Source of the DNA: a virus
Lineage: Duplodnaviria > Caudoviricetes
IMG/VR virus record: IMGVR_UViG_3300005512_000062
Span: 1 to 46,737 of that record
Length of the DNA: 46,737 bases
Reading direction: 5' to 3' (one strand)
Shown: one piece after another, positions 46,669 to 46,737 of the stretch
How positions within the stretch are numbered: position 1 is the first letter of the stretch
How the letters are laid out: each line of letters begins with the position of its first letter
The notes under the pieces: model-generated
The model's input: the letters and a program-made list of their open reading frames with translations, nothing else
Database searches by the model: none
What the model was told of the DNA's origin: nothing
Program-made: the position numbers and the translations under genes

Positions 46669-46737
46669 CTAACACCCCCACCCCCCTGGAAAAACTGCCG
46701 GGGCGAACCCTCCACCTGGGGGCGCGGGCGAATAAAA
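46669..46737. repeat. Terminal direct repeat, right copy
   Basis: Identical to 1-69. Confidence 0.95.

Noticed and set aside
46500-46715. 71-aa minus-strand ORF in the terminal region
   Set aside because: It runs through palindromes and tandem repeats upstream of the early promoters, and the product is low-complexity. Probably spurious.

Overview
The window is an apparently complete ~46.7 kb tailed dsDNA bacteriophage genome with podovirus-type architecture. Its first and last 69 bp are identical, which is most likely a circular-assembly overlap. The + strand (263-27737) carries packaging, head, tail and holin-like genes: terminase, portal, scaffold, major capsid, tail tubular proteins, internal virion proteins, several Gly-X-Thr collagen-like fibre proteins and a multi-LamG protein. 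The - strand (46200-27779) carries small early genes, a signal-peptide lysozyme-like protein, a nucleotide-sugar dehydrogenase/acyltransferase fusion, Prim-Pol/VirE primase-helicase, a radical SAM protein, SNF2 helicase, DUF2800 nuclease, SSB, family A DNA polymerase, a dual-frame C5 cytosine methyltransferase, a resolvase and a GT2-TPR-methyltransferase. I found no RNA polymerase, integrase, tRNA or CRISPR array. Main observations: (1) a 3.3 kb early region (43285-46599) with no CNG trinucleotide and no GCG/CGC, CATG or GGCC by manual scan; (2) a candidate phage-encoded system for glycosylating BclA-like collagen virion fibres; (3) a twice-repeated two-hairpin RNA motif with compensatory base changes between early genes; (4) a methyltransferase whose main-frame insertions read as target-recognition-like modules in an overlapping frame. 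All functional calls come from motif recognition by eye; no searches were run.
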